A stretch of 64,000 bases of DNA from Octopus sinensis. Taxonomy: Eukaryota. Both the position numbers and the translations under genes were made by a program. Numbering within the stretch: position 1 is the stretch's first letter; each line of letters begins with the position of its first letter. Below the pieces are notes generated by a model that saw only the letters and a list, made by a program, of their open reading frames with translations, was not told the origin of the DNA and searched no databases. Positions 13,235-24,504 of this stretch are shown one piece after another. The stretch is taken from assembly GCF_006345805.1 (NCBI RefSeq), contig NC_042999.1, positions 8,122,001-8,186,000 of the forward strand. Reading direction: 5' to 3'.

Positions 13235-13805
13235 GATATTATATTAGATAATCAAATTCTTTAACTATGGCTGTGTAATTACTCTGGATGAGCAATTTAC
13301 AAATAGCATATAACTAATGGAGAATAACTGTAAAAACCAACGAAAAGGGCCAACACCCACTACAGGAAATTTTGCTATCTTCTTCCAAGTGGAAAAAATA
13401 TAATTTATCAGCAAATTACGGTATTTCACGTTTTTGTTTCCAATCAATTATGGAAAACAATATCTCTCCCTTCAATGGCAGCATTTAGGATTTGTGATGA
13501 GGTGGAAGATTCATTAACAGAGGAGAGTCCCAAATAGGGTTCTTTTTTCTATCCCGACAGCAAAGAGTAAACCCATTTTGTTTCTTCTTATCGTTCTTAG
13601 TCTGTTGAATCTAGAAAACTATTCCCCTTAAATTCCATCGTCTTAAAGCGATTTAACACGAGTTACTTGAGCAAATTATACATAAACTCCCTTTATTTTT
13701 ATCTATATTCTTTCAGGGTATCAAGCGTAGGATTACTTCACAGATTAAAAAATTATTTACATTATTTACATTTGAATTATATTTGTCCTCATCTTGTTTG
13801 TTGTT

Positions 13806-13851
13806 AATACAACGTTTCGGCTGATATACCCTCCTGCAGTCATCAGGTGTC
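13806..13851 (-). ncRNA. Hammerhead ribozyme motif, family H1, inverted copy with disrupted stem II
   Basis: Minus strand: gacac-CTGATGA-ctgcag-gagggtatat-cagcc-GAAA-cgtt-gtatt. Confidence 0.55.
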
Positions 13852-13964
13852 TTGGGGAAATTTCGTACCTGGATTCTCATTCCTATTCCCACGGGCATAT
13901 GGCGTAGAGGTTAAGAGCGCGGCTACTAACCTCAAGATTCCAAGTTTGATTCCAGGCAGTGACA

Positions 13965-14035
<71 letters not shown>

Positions 14036-14086
14036 AACATCGAAAAATACCCTAGGAATGAGAACCCAGGTTCAAAATTTCCCCAA

Positions 14087-14132
14087 GACACCTGATGAAG
14101 GCTGGAGGGTATATCAGCCGAAACGTTGTGCT
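14087..14132 (+). ncRNA. Minimal type I hammerhead ribozyme, family H1 (intact core)
   Basis: gacac / CTGATGA / a / GGCTG-gagggtatat-CAGCC / GAAA / CGTT / gtgct. Full CUGANGA and GAAA core, 5-bp stem II, palindromic ACGU stem III, predicted cut after GUU (14127). Confidence 0.8.
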
Positions 14133-14652
14133 AACAACAAACAAGATGGGGACAAATATCCGTCAAATGTAAATAATGTACATAATTCCTCATCTCTTAA
14201 ATATAGAATCAGATTGAAAAATGCTCTTGTCTGTAAAGAATGGTTAGATATCTTTCTTAATGCTAATCGTTCAAAGTAAATATTTTTCCTTGATAAATTA
14301 AAAAAGAAAAAAGAAAAAAGAAAAAAAAGAATTTGCTTTGTTTAAAATCCCCATGCAAGATTATTAAGATTAGAACTCATTGTCTTATAATTAATAATTT
14401 AAACACTCAATCATCACATTTTATCGGTGTTTGGCTAATTCAGACTGGCTTTAATTCTTGGTTCATCTACACTTGATCCACGCCACTGATTCTGCAAATA
14501 ACCAAAGTAATGTGATTCACCCGACTGTAAATACGACAATTCAGTTAATAACCGATAAGTTCTGAATTAGAATTATTATATTTCTCTCCATTCTTTGATA
14601 ACTTCTGTTGATTGGAGGCATATCTGAATTATATATTTATCGTTGTAGATAA

Positions 14653-14998
14653 GGTGGAGAGCTGGGAGAATGGTTAGCACGCCGGGTGAACTGCTTAGCA
14701 GTATTTCGTCTGCCGTTACGTTCTGAGTTCAAATTCCGCCGAGGTTGACTTTGCATTTCATCCTTTCGGGGTCGATAAATTAAGTACCAGTTACGCACTG
14801 AGGTCGATATAATCGACTTAATCCGTTTGTCTGTCCTTGTCTGTCCTCTCTGTGTTTAGCCCCTTGTGGGTAGTAAAGAAATAGGTATTTCGTCTGTCCT
14901 TACGCTCTTACGACGTAATGTAAATAATGTAACGGCGGGTGAAATACCTATTTCTTTACTACCCACAAGGAGCTAAACACAGAGGGGACAAACAAAGA
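14653..14998 (+). mobile_element. SINE family B
   Basis: Head, central domain, tail and partial internal duplication. Confidence 0.82.
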
Positions 14999-16680
14999 GA
15001 AAGAAGGTGTGGCCAATTCTCTCCATTAGATTACCCGAAATTGTTCTTCTTGCGCTGTATGTGCCACTTTTTATGTTTTTACTTGGGAGCCCTTGTAGAG
15101 GGTAAAACTAAACACAGGGACCCACGGCTGAAAGGGTTAAAGACAGATTTTTATTTTTGACTCATCTTTTACTTTGATAAAATAAATAATATTAAAATAG
15201 TATCAATTCCGACTTATCGATCGATTAGGGTGATTTTAATGGTGATGGAGTCCTTTCTGCTGGCAGGGACTTTCTGTCTTTTAAGAATCCGTGATCATTA
15301 GTTTTAACAATGTATTTCCTCTCGTTTGGAAATCTTAGTAATTACTTTGCCATCTCATTTAATGCCATTATCCTCAAAATCTGAAAACATTTCTTTAATG
15401 CGTGCATTTGTGTGTGTGCGTGTGTGTGTGTGTGTGTGTGTGCGTGTGTGTGTTTGTGTGTGTGTGTGTTTGACAATGATTGCACTTCAAAGAAAATTCT
15501 GTTTGAAGAAGGTTCCTATTTCAAGGGAAATTATATTGCACCAGGAATAGATTTCATTCCAAGTGAAAGTCTTCCAAAAGCCAAAAAAAAAAAAGAGAGA
15601 GAGAAAATAATTACTTTAAAGTGTAAGAAAGAAAAAAACACCACCCTATACAATAAATATTTAAAATAATCAAAAAGAATCTTTGATTCCTATTTCTAGA
15701 ATCATCACTTATCAGGTGGCATTCCAAATTGTTTTTTTTTTTCCCTAATTTAGGAATTTCAAGAAAGATTACTTAAATGGATCCGAGCGTCATCTTTATT
15801 TACTCTCAAATGAGATATTTAATAAATGAAAACATCATTTTGACAGTTTCCACGTTTAAAATTATCCCCAACTTGTTCCATCAAATATCTTCCAAACCAG
15901 TGTTTTTAAGTGGTTGTTTTTCCCCCCTTTTTTAAACTAAAATTAAATACATATTTCGTAGGATTTTATCCAACAGTAAACAGACTTAGGTACCAGATAT
16001 TATGGGAATCCCTTTGTTACTGAATAACCTTTATTGTTACTGAATAACCTTTATTACCTCATTGGTTGTTCCACTTCTCTGGAATTGATTTTGCTTCTGC
16101 TCATAATTTTGGTGATTCTACATGGAATACATTTCCTGAAAGTTAATATTTCTGACTTAAATTCTAGTCTGTAAGCAATTCTATTCTTTGAAATAAAACA
16201 TGTCTGCATTCCTTTTTAAAACCAAAATTTGAGATGTAGTTTTGACAATAACAATGCTTCAAATATGAGAATTTATGACTGAGAGAATATGGTTTCTGTC
16301 TGTTATTCCCATTCTGTTCTTGTAAGAACATGACATTTAACTGTTTAGTCTTCTTCTTGTATCTGGTGTCAGTTAGATGTGCTAAGGTCAGAGTGAAACT
16401 CCCAAGCCTTTATTACAGTTGTGGTCCAATGTTCTGCTCGACTCTAACAGACACAAAATCGCAGCAACCAAGATAAGAAGTGAATACAGACATTGGAATC
16501 CTTTGTGTAATAAATATTTAATAGTGATCTGGGGATCAACAGAGATGATGTTTTAAAGGAAGTATTCCATCTCTTCCTCCACATCATCATCATCATTTAA
16601 CATTCGTTTTCCATGCTGGCATGGTTTGGACAGTTTGAGAGGGACTGGCCACCCAGAGAGCTGCACCAGGTTCCAATAGT

Positions 16681-17002
16681 CTCAAAATCTCTCATGGAAG
16701 CGTCATCCAACCAACATACAAATATATGGGAAACTACCACCTGTATCATCTCTTGTGAAAGGTAGAAGAGTCCAGTTTTCTGGACATTGTTGTAGAGCTG
16801 AAAACGAGGTAATTTCTACTTTTCTCCTCTGGAAGCCATCTGCTCGCGATACCAGAGGGCGCATACTCTCCTACCCTGATGTAATCTCCAGGGATACAGG
16901 CATCCAGCAACAGGACCTCCGTAATGCTATGATGGACCGTGAAGTCCCGCGTAACATAGTAATTCCATTGTCTTGACCACGGTCGAACAATGACGATGAT
17001 GA
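16681..17002 (+). mobile_element. 3' end of an RTEX/RTE-group LINE
   Basis: Translates ISWKRHPTNIQIYGKLPPVSSLVKGRRVQFSGHCCRAENEVISTFLLWKP...DTGIQQQDLRNAMMDREV, followed by a (GAT)n tail. Confidence 0.7.
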
Positions 17003-17229
17003 TTGGTATGGTTTCTACTTTGGTATGGTTTCTACAGCTGAATGCCCTTCTTAACACCAACCACTTTACAGAGTGGATGTGGCACCAGCACAAGTGCTAT
17101 ATACATTACACGGGCATGTTTGCATTTTATGTGACATTGGCATGGGTGTTTTTTGTGGCACCAGCACCTGTGAGCCCACAAGACAAGGACTTCTCAGCTG
17201 AAAGAGGGAATGGCGAGGGGGCATGGTTG

Positions 17230-17416
17230 TAAAGGACATACCTGCATGTGTGGATGGTCACGATATTACTTCGATTGACTGACGTTAGGAAGGGCATCCA
17301 GCTGTAGAAACACTGCCAGATCAGACTGGAGCCTGGTGCAGCCTCCTGGCTCCCAGACCCCGGTTGAACCATCCAACCCATGCTAGCATGGAAAACGGAC
17401 GTTAAACGATGATGAT
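17230..17416 (+). mobile_element. Family C repeat (RTE-related 3' tail)
   Basis: gttaggaagggcatccagctgtagaaac...catgctagcatggaaaacggacgttaaacgatgatgat. Confidence 0.8.
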
Positions 17417-17442
17417 GGGGAGGAGGAGGATAATGATGATAT

Positions 17443-17546
17443 GGCTTCTCAAGCACAGCAAATCGCCAGAAATCTTGGTCCTTTGTCATCTCCTCAGTGA
17501 GGTCCAACTTCTCTAGATTCTTCCTCATCACTTTGTCCCACAACAC
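17443..17546 (-). mobile_element. C-terminal fragment of an RTE-clade ORF
   Basis: LWDKVMRKNLEKLDLTEEMTKDQDFWRFAVLEK, typical of RTE ORF ends (W...V.KDL..L.L...M..DR..WR). Confidence 0.7.
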
Positions 17547-17814
17547 TGACGAAAAGAATAAAACCTATCACTACACACATTAAAAACCACAGAGATGATG
17601 GTGTAATTATGCATCTGACATAAATAATTTCCTTCTCTCTTTTACATTTTTGGTACCTAACTTTATTTTCGGATCACCCTTTCTTACCAGAATATTCCAC
17701 CTCCTGATCTATTGTCAGTATCTTCTCTTATGCTCCCCTTTTTGTACTTTGGGAGTTTGTTCTGGCATCTTATTGCTACCAACTTATCTTTTATCCAGCT
17801 ACACCCATCCACCC

Positions 17815-17850
17815 TTTTCTGTTGAAGAGCGTATGCTCGAAACATAAAAG
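17815..17850 (+). ncRNA. Hammerhead-like motif (family H2, A6U variant)
   Basis: tttt-CTGTTGA-a-GAGC(gtat)GCTC-GAAA-cata-aaag; downstream sequence shared with the 4.8-kb copy. Confidence 0.5.
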
Positions 17851-18743
17851 ACTTCTCACTTCCTGAGCATTAAACTAATACATCTGTTTGTTGTTTACAC
17901 ACCCGTCTCCATCTTTTGTTTTTGTTTTTTTTGTAAATTCTCACTATAATGTAGGGTAGCTAATATATCGCCTGTGCTTACCCCTCAGTCATACTATAAT
18001 CTCTTAACATTTAGTATAAAGCCACCCATTCTCAAATACTTCCCTTCATTTAGTCAAGGGGGTTTTCTCTGCTTCTTTTTCCTGCTTTTTCCCTCTGTTT
18101 TGCAAGTTATTTGGGAACCCCATAAGCACTGGTGCCATGTAAAACAAACCCAGTACACACTGTAAAGTGGTTGGTTTCAGGAAGGGTATCCAGTCATAGA
18201 AAACTTGCCAAAGGCGACATTGGCACTAATCAGGCCCTGTCAAACTATCCAACTCATGTCAGCACAGAAAACAGACCTTAAATAATGAAAGCAATGGTGT
18301 GCCATGCAAAATATAAGCTGTCAGACTAAAGAATATAAATACTCCCTTTCATCCCATAAAAACATAATTACATAAAAGAAAACTATTTTCTTACATTATT
18401 TGTAAAAGGCTTCATTCTTAGAACTAAACAAAATCTACAAAACTGCTGGCGTTAGGAAGGGCATCCAGCTATAGAAAGGCTACCAGATCAGACTGGAGCC
18501 TGGTGCAGCCTCCATGGCTTCCCAGACCCCGGTTGAATTGTCCAACCCGTGCTAGCATGGAAAACGGACGTTAAACGATGATGATGATGATGATGGAAGA
18601 AGCATACACCAGTGTTATTATAGGTTTTGCAACAACAGGGCAGTCATCATCATCTGTTAATGTCTCCCTTTCCATGTTAACATGATTCAGGTAGAATTTG
18701 TTAAGGCAGACTTTCTAATACAGGATGTCCTACCAATCCCCCT

Positions 18744-18779
<36 letters not shown>

Positions 18780-20029
18780 ATGCATTTTGGCCTTCTTTCA
18801 TTTGTCATCTACCAAATCCATTCACAAGGCTTTGATAAACACGGGGCTATATAAGAAGACACTTACTCTTGGTACCATGCAGTGGAATCGAACCCCAGTC
18901 TGCATGGTAGGGAAGCAAGCTTAATCACTCAGTGACACCTGAGCTTATACAGTATGGAAAATAATTTTTAATAGGTAGAGCAAGATTTAGTTATTACAAA
19001 ATGACAAATTAAATTAATTCAATTTTCTGTCATTGTAAGCCAGCAATACAAAAGAGAAGAACATAAATATGTGAAGGGATTCCAAGAGAATATTAAATTT
19101 CAACTTTGAGATTTTGACTTCAATCTTGTTAACGAATGTTTTGTTTATTTTAAATTCTTTTACATCTGTGAATGGTTTTAATTTTTTTTTTTTTTTCCTG
19201 TTTGAGTCTTTTGCTTAAGCCTTGATAAATCAGAATGTTAATACATAACTTTTGGTTTGCTAATGCTAAAACAGAAAAAAATGACAGTTTTCTCTTTAAA
19301 AAAAAAAAAAAGCCTCTACTCAATCAAAGTTCATCGTTACTTTATTATTTGTTTCCCTGACTGGAAAATAAGTCGTTTCCCTCAAGAATAGATGTGAAAA
19401 GGAGTTGATAGTAAATATTATGTTACTTTGGTGAACATGTCATGTTCCATGGTAGGATTTCACCTTCATAGCAACTGTGCTTTAGTTCAGTTTGTATTAT
19501 ATAAATTAATGATTATTCTGTCAAGATATGAAAAATATTACTCAATCCTGTACGCGGAGCCTTGTTTGTCACTGACTTATCTATCATTGTTCTTTTTTTT
19601 ATTATTATTTTAACCCTACCTTGTGATAAATGAGGATGGGTGTATGAATATAACGCCTGGGAAAACTGGTTGTGGTTTGCGTAAGAAAGAAAATAAATGG
19701 AGAGAGAGAGAGAGAGAGAGGTTAATGGGTTTGGATAAGTTTAAAGTGAAGGAGAAGAAGAAAAAGAATCTGACATTGCGGTATTGCTCAACTGTTCTAC
19801 ATTAATTACTCTGTCAGATGTGAACAAGATCAGTTTAATCTCAATCTGTCAAACATGGTAAAGATTAAAGATTAAGTAGTCTTGACGAGATTTGAATGCA
19901 TCTTCACTAACATCCTACTGCAAGATATTACAACCAGTTGGTGTGTGTGTGTATAAGCCTTCTGTCTTTTAGTATGTAATTCTATGTGCCCACAGGAAGG
20001 ATTGTCCTGATGTATACATCAAAGGTGTG

Positions 20030-20425
20030 TCTGAACCAGGATGTATTCACACCTTTAAAAACAAGGAATGCTTGTGGAACACTTCCATAAAAACAGTGAC
20101 CCAATGCAATCACAGCATACCTGATATGGTTCCGTGGAGCAAGGAACAAAAGTCATGCACTAACAGATATAAATGACCCATCAAAATTCCAGGGGAAAAA
20201 AGAGCATTTACAGTAAATTAATGTGGAACTTACAGCTCTTGTACGCTAGCTTTGAATTCTCATTTGTACCTATCCTCATAGGTGTATGAGGTTGGGTACT
20301 AACAAGTTTTCACAAACCCCTAGAAATACAAGGTTTTAAAAAGAAAGAGTGAAAGAAACTGACATGGATTCTCCAAATCTAATCTATAAGTGGCACAGTG
20401 AAGATCTGTAAGACATTCTAAAGAT
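20030..20425 (+). mobile_element. Older decayed RLE domain of the same R4/Dong-like family as 20787-21848
   Basis: ECLWNTSIKTVTQCNHSIPDMVPW and LQLLYASFEFSFVPILIGV align by eye with WNVSVKTSIKCKHNRPDIMIW and LQLLYPDYK..FIPVIIGV of the neighbouring copy. Confidence 0.6.
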
Positions 20426-20786
20426 TTTCCCTTTGAGAATCTTTAGGTGAATAGATGCATACATTTGGGTGTTATGCATCGACAGTTCAACCAACTCAAC
20501 CACATATTTACAAACACCAGAAACTCCAGAAGTATTGTCGTTTTGTTAGCGACTGACTTGAACTCTCTAAAGAAGAACTTAGATAAAACACAAAGAGAAA
20601 TGCACATACATACATACATACATACATACATACAGATGTACATACATAAAGGCGGTGCTCCAGCATGGCCACAGTCACATGACTGAAACAAGTAAAAAGT
20701 AAGAAAGTAAAAAGTAAGTATACATGAGATCCGAGCCATTGATGTGAAAACCCGAAAAATACAATCACATATAATTTCCACATAAA

Positions 20787-21848
20787 CAGTGACGTAGACC
20801 ACCTCTACCTAAATAAGGCAGAAGAGGCTTAACATCAATCCAAAATGCCTTTGAATGTCGCATCATATCCCCTCGGGAACATCTTTTAACCAACAAGTAT
20901 TGAAATGCATCCCTTGACCAAGTTTGCATACATGAGGCTGGAAGATAAGACTTGGAAGGCAGCTCCTTGAGCAACACTCTTTGTCTGATAACTAAGAATA
21001 CAAGCCCAAAGAAGTCACACTACTTCACCGCAACATGTCATTAGATGAAAGGATGAGCCTATATGAGCAAAAGACTATGCAAGGATATGTTAGCAGAAGG
21101 CTCCGTGACAATAGTAATATCGATCATCAAAGCAGTTTATCATGGACCAATAGTTGGGTTACTACCTCTCATTTTGAAGGGTATGCATTTGCAATCCAGG
21201 AACAGGAAATATCAACCAAGTACATGATGCACAAAAGGGACAGAGATGCAGGAAAAGCACTAAAATGTAACAAATGATGCAGACTTTGCGGAGTTCACAC
21301 TGAAGATATTACCCGCATCATAAGTGGTTGTCCGAAAATGTCGTCACGGTATTATCTACCGATGAGACATGATGTTGTAGCTAAGACACTCTATAATGAA
21401 ATCCGTTGGAAGGATAATCCCGAGGACAAAGAAATAAGAAACCACAATATGGTAGAAGCCATAACCACTCATAATAAAAAGGAATACTGATGGAATGTCT
21501 CAGTAAAGACCTCAATAAAATGTAAGCACAACAGACCTGATATAATGATTTGGGATTGAGAAGAGAAACTGTGTACAGTTGTGGAAATTAGCTGCCCAGG
21601 GGATGTTAACATAAAGCTGAAGATCAGTGAAAAAGAGAACACTTATGCTGAACTGTTGAAAAATCTTCAGTTACTCTATCCAGATTACAAGTTAGGTTTA
21701 TACCAGTAATTATTGGTGTCCTGGGATTTGTAATACACTGCCTAAATACCAACCTTGAGAAATTAGGCTTCTCAAAACCAGAAAGGAGAAAGCTAATTCG
21801 AAGACTACAGGTCCAAACCATCACTGGAACTGTAAGAATCTGTAAAAA
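20787..21848 (+). mobile_element. Decayed RLE-type LINE 3' half (CCHC knuckle plus endonuclease)
   Basis: SDVDHLYL..RGL; FAIQEQEISTKY; CRLCGVHTEDITRIISGCPKMS..Y..RHDVVAK; NRPDIMIWD..VEISCP..K.SEKENTY; IPVIIGVLG. In-frame stops present. Confidence 0.88.
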
Positions 21849-22559
21849 TATATCTGAGCTTGTCTAGATATGCAATATATACATGAGGATACATACATAA
21901 AACAAAACATGCAAATCTGCACATATACATGTACACATACATACATACCCTGTTGTTGATGTTGAAATTCCAATGAAGGAGCCTTGAATCTAGGTTAGAA
22001 ACCAGCTCTTTCTCTGTTGGCAAGAAATCTTGAAATATAACTGAACAATGACATATATACATACATCATTGTTTTAATATCCACTTTTCCATTCTTGCTT
22101 CCTGTCACCTTTCCTCACCTTCTTCCAAGCAAGCTAGTATTTTCTCTGTGGCTGGACATGTTTTCATGGCAGGTTGCAAACAATCAACACCTTTTGTATG
22201 ATGATAGTGATGATGATGATGATGATGATGTTTGTTTGCAATTAACACATACAGTGTCAAATGACAACACCCAAACACACTTTCATCTGACAGGTTTCTC
22301 TTTATTATCCATTCTCTGAATCTACTCAGGAGGCTCCAGTCGATGCAGAAGGCACTTGCTCAAAGTGCTGCAAGGTGGGACTGAACCTGAAACCATTTGG
22401 TAGGGAGGCAAAATGCTTAACCACGCAGCCATGCCCACATCGATAACACATTACTTCATGTTCATATCTGTCAGTATTAAGTATACATATGAATATGTAT
22501 GTATCTGTGTGTGTACGTGTGTGTGGTGGGGTGGTGGTGGTGAGTGTGCACATGCGTGT

Positions 22560-23010
22560 GTGCATGTGTAAGTATGCATGAGTGTGTTTAATAGATTAAT
22601 ATATCTATTTGTGCATGTGTATGCACACATGAGCATGTGTGTGTGTGTTTGTGTGTGCATGTGCATGTGTATAAGTATGTATGTGTGTGTGTGTGTCAGT
22701 AATAGATTAATATATCTATTTGTGTGTGTGTGCATGCACAAGTGCAAATGTGTTTATGTGTGTGTGTGTGCATATGTGTAAGCATGCATGTGTGTGTGTA
22801 AGAGTAATAGATTAATATATCAATCTGTGTGTGCATGCACGCACACGCATGTGTGTGCATGTGTGTAAGTATGCATATGTGTGTGTGACAGTAATAGATT
22901 AATATATCTATTTGTGTGTGTGTGAATGCATGCACACATGTGTGTGTGTGTGTAAGCATGCATGTGTATGTGTGTGTGAGAGTAATAGATTAATATATCT
23001 GTGTGTGCGT
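22560..23010. repeat. TG/ATGC-rich minisatellite with five palindromic AATAGAT-TAATAT-ATCTATT motifs
   Basis: Motif starts near 22590, 22701, 22806, 22893 and 22984. Confidence 0.85.
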
Positions 23011-24049
23011 TTGTATATTGCTGCTTTGAAGATGTGCACATGTGTCACTGCTTTGAACAGTTGTGCAAATATGATTACAGCTTCTTCCTCATCTCATGTA
23101 GCATCAGTGCAGGGCTACATGTTGGTATATTGGTGTGTTATTGCGTAGAGCAAGTTTATCTAGTGTTTGCCTCCATCATATTGAACATAAACAACTAATC
23201 AAAGTCCAGAGCTTTGCCGAAGCCAGGCCAATACAGCTCCACCGAACGATGGATATTGCAATAGAGAAATCAATTTCTCCAACCAATTTAGTCCGCTTCG
23301 TCTGAAACATTTGCTTAATTTAACCATCCATCTCTCATCAGACTCCGAGATGAGATATTTTTATAACATAAAACCACTGAGATGCAATCCTAACAAGAGA
23401 ATTCCCTATGGAAGTACTTCTTGACAATCCTATCCCATAAACATTTGCCTAAAACAAAAGCTGTTTTCTCATAGAAATTTGCTGCTTCTGAGATAAACCA
23501 CAGCTGGAAGACATTTAAAATCAGTTCTTTATGTATATAAGTACGCTCACCATAGTAACCGTAGATCAATATATGCGAATGATTAAACTCATCTTCATAG
23601 CTATCCTCTCTCTGACTCGTATGTTATTCTAGCTGCAGATATCAGTGAAATAGTTACAAGCCAATAGATTGGTTCCGGGAAGAATATATATAAACAATTC
23701 GCTGAGTAGAATGCTTCCAATCTTTTCTCAATGATAGCTAATTAAATTGCAGAAATTCTTTTTCCGTACATCAGCCACCCATCCACTCCATGTTACAAGA
23801 TTGCCCTGTAAACGGATCTTGCTGTATAAGGTTCCCCAGTAAGTTTTATTAAAGTAATCTTGAGTTCCAACTGCTTTGTAATGAAAAAGCAGTTTCGTTT
23901 GAAATTAATCCAGGATTGAGAGAGTAAAAGAAATATATTTCACACAGGAATATTAAAATTAAGGACAGAATTCAACCGTTTTGTTGCCACATGGCTGTTC
24001 AAAAACACTGCTTTTGTTTCCGGTTAAGAATTTAGTAGAATAACTCTCT

Positions 24050-24461
24050 CTTTTACTCTTTTACTTGTTTCAGTCATTTGACTGTGGCCATGCTGGAGCA
24101 CCGCCTTTAGTCGAGCAAATCGATCCCAGGACTTATTCTTTGTAAGCCCAGTACTTATTCTATCGGTCTCCTTTTGCCGAACCGCTAAGTGACGGGGACG
24201 TAAACACACCAGCATCGGTTGTCAAGCAATGCTAGGGGGACAAACACAGACACACAAACACATACACACACATACATATATATATATACATATATATACG
24301 GCAGGCTTCTTTCAGTTTCCGTCTACCAAATCCACTCAGAAGGCATTGGTCGGCCCAGGGCTATAGCAGAAGACACTTGCCCAAGATGCCACGCAGTGGG
24401 ATTGAACCCAGAACCATGTGGTTGGTAAGCAAGCTAGTTACCACACAGCCACTCCTGCACC
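24050..24461 (-). mobile_element. SINE family A
   Basis: Full-length reverse copy. Confidence 0.85.
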
Positions 24462-24504
24462 TATAACTGCCATTATCATCATCATCATCATCATTAGTAT
24501 TATT

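Larger units (their letters stand above)
13754..14209 (+). mobile_element. tRNA-headed, hammerhead-bearing non-autonomous element (candidate Penelope-mobilised SINE), copy 1
   Basis: Inverted tail 13754-13885; tRNA-like head 13893-13966; (AAT)n 13967-14037; tail 14038-14208. Probable TSD cagatt(a/g)aaaaat at 13741-13753 and 14210-14222. Confidence 0.8.

Noticed and set aside
13893-13966. tRNA gene (also 27221-27295, 27355-27429 and the heads of SINE families A, B and D)
   Set aside because: A and B boxes are present, but the acceptor and anticodon stems pair poorly and each head is fused to a repeat body. These are SINE heads, not tRNA genes.
14022-14279. ORFs containing NFPKTPDEGWRVYQPKRC (also 13713-13898, 26906-27226, 27467-27658)
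   Set aside because: These are translations of the hammerhead-bearing tail; the conserved feature is the RNA motif.
21964-22012. Hammerhead-like geometry in a repeat also present at about 62240-62285 (CCAATGA...AGCCT/AGGTT...GAAACCAGCTC)
   Set aside because: The core differs at U4 and G5, and stem III and the cleavage triplet do not fit. At most a remote pLTR derivative.
22560-23010. CRISPR array
   Set aside because: Eukaryotic context, spacers are TG/ATGC microsatellite rather than unique sequence, and there are no cas genes.
23300-23930. Possible minus-strand LINE C-terminal remnant (EKTAFVLGKCLWD)
   Set aside because: One short motif amid many stops; not enough to assign without a search.
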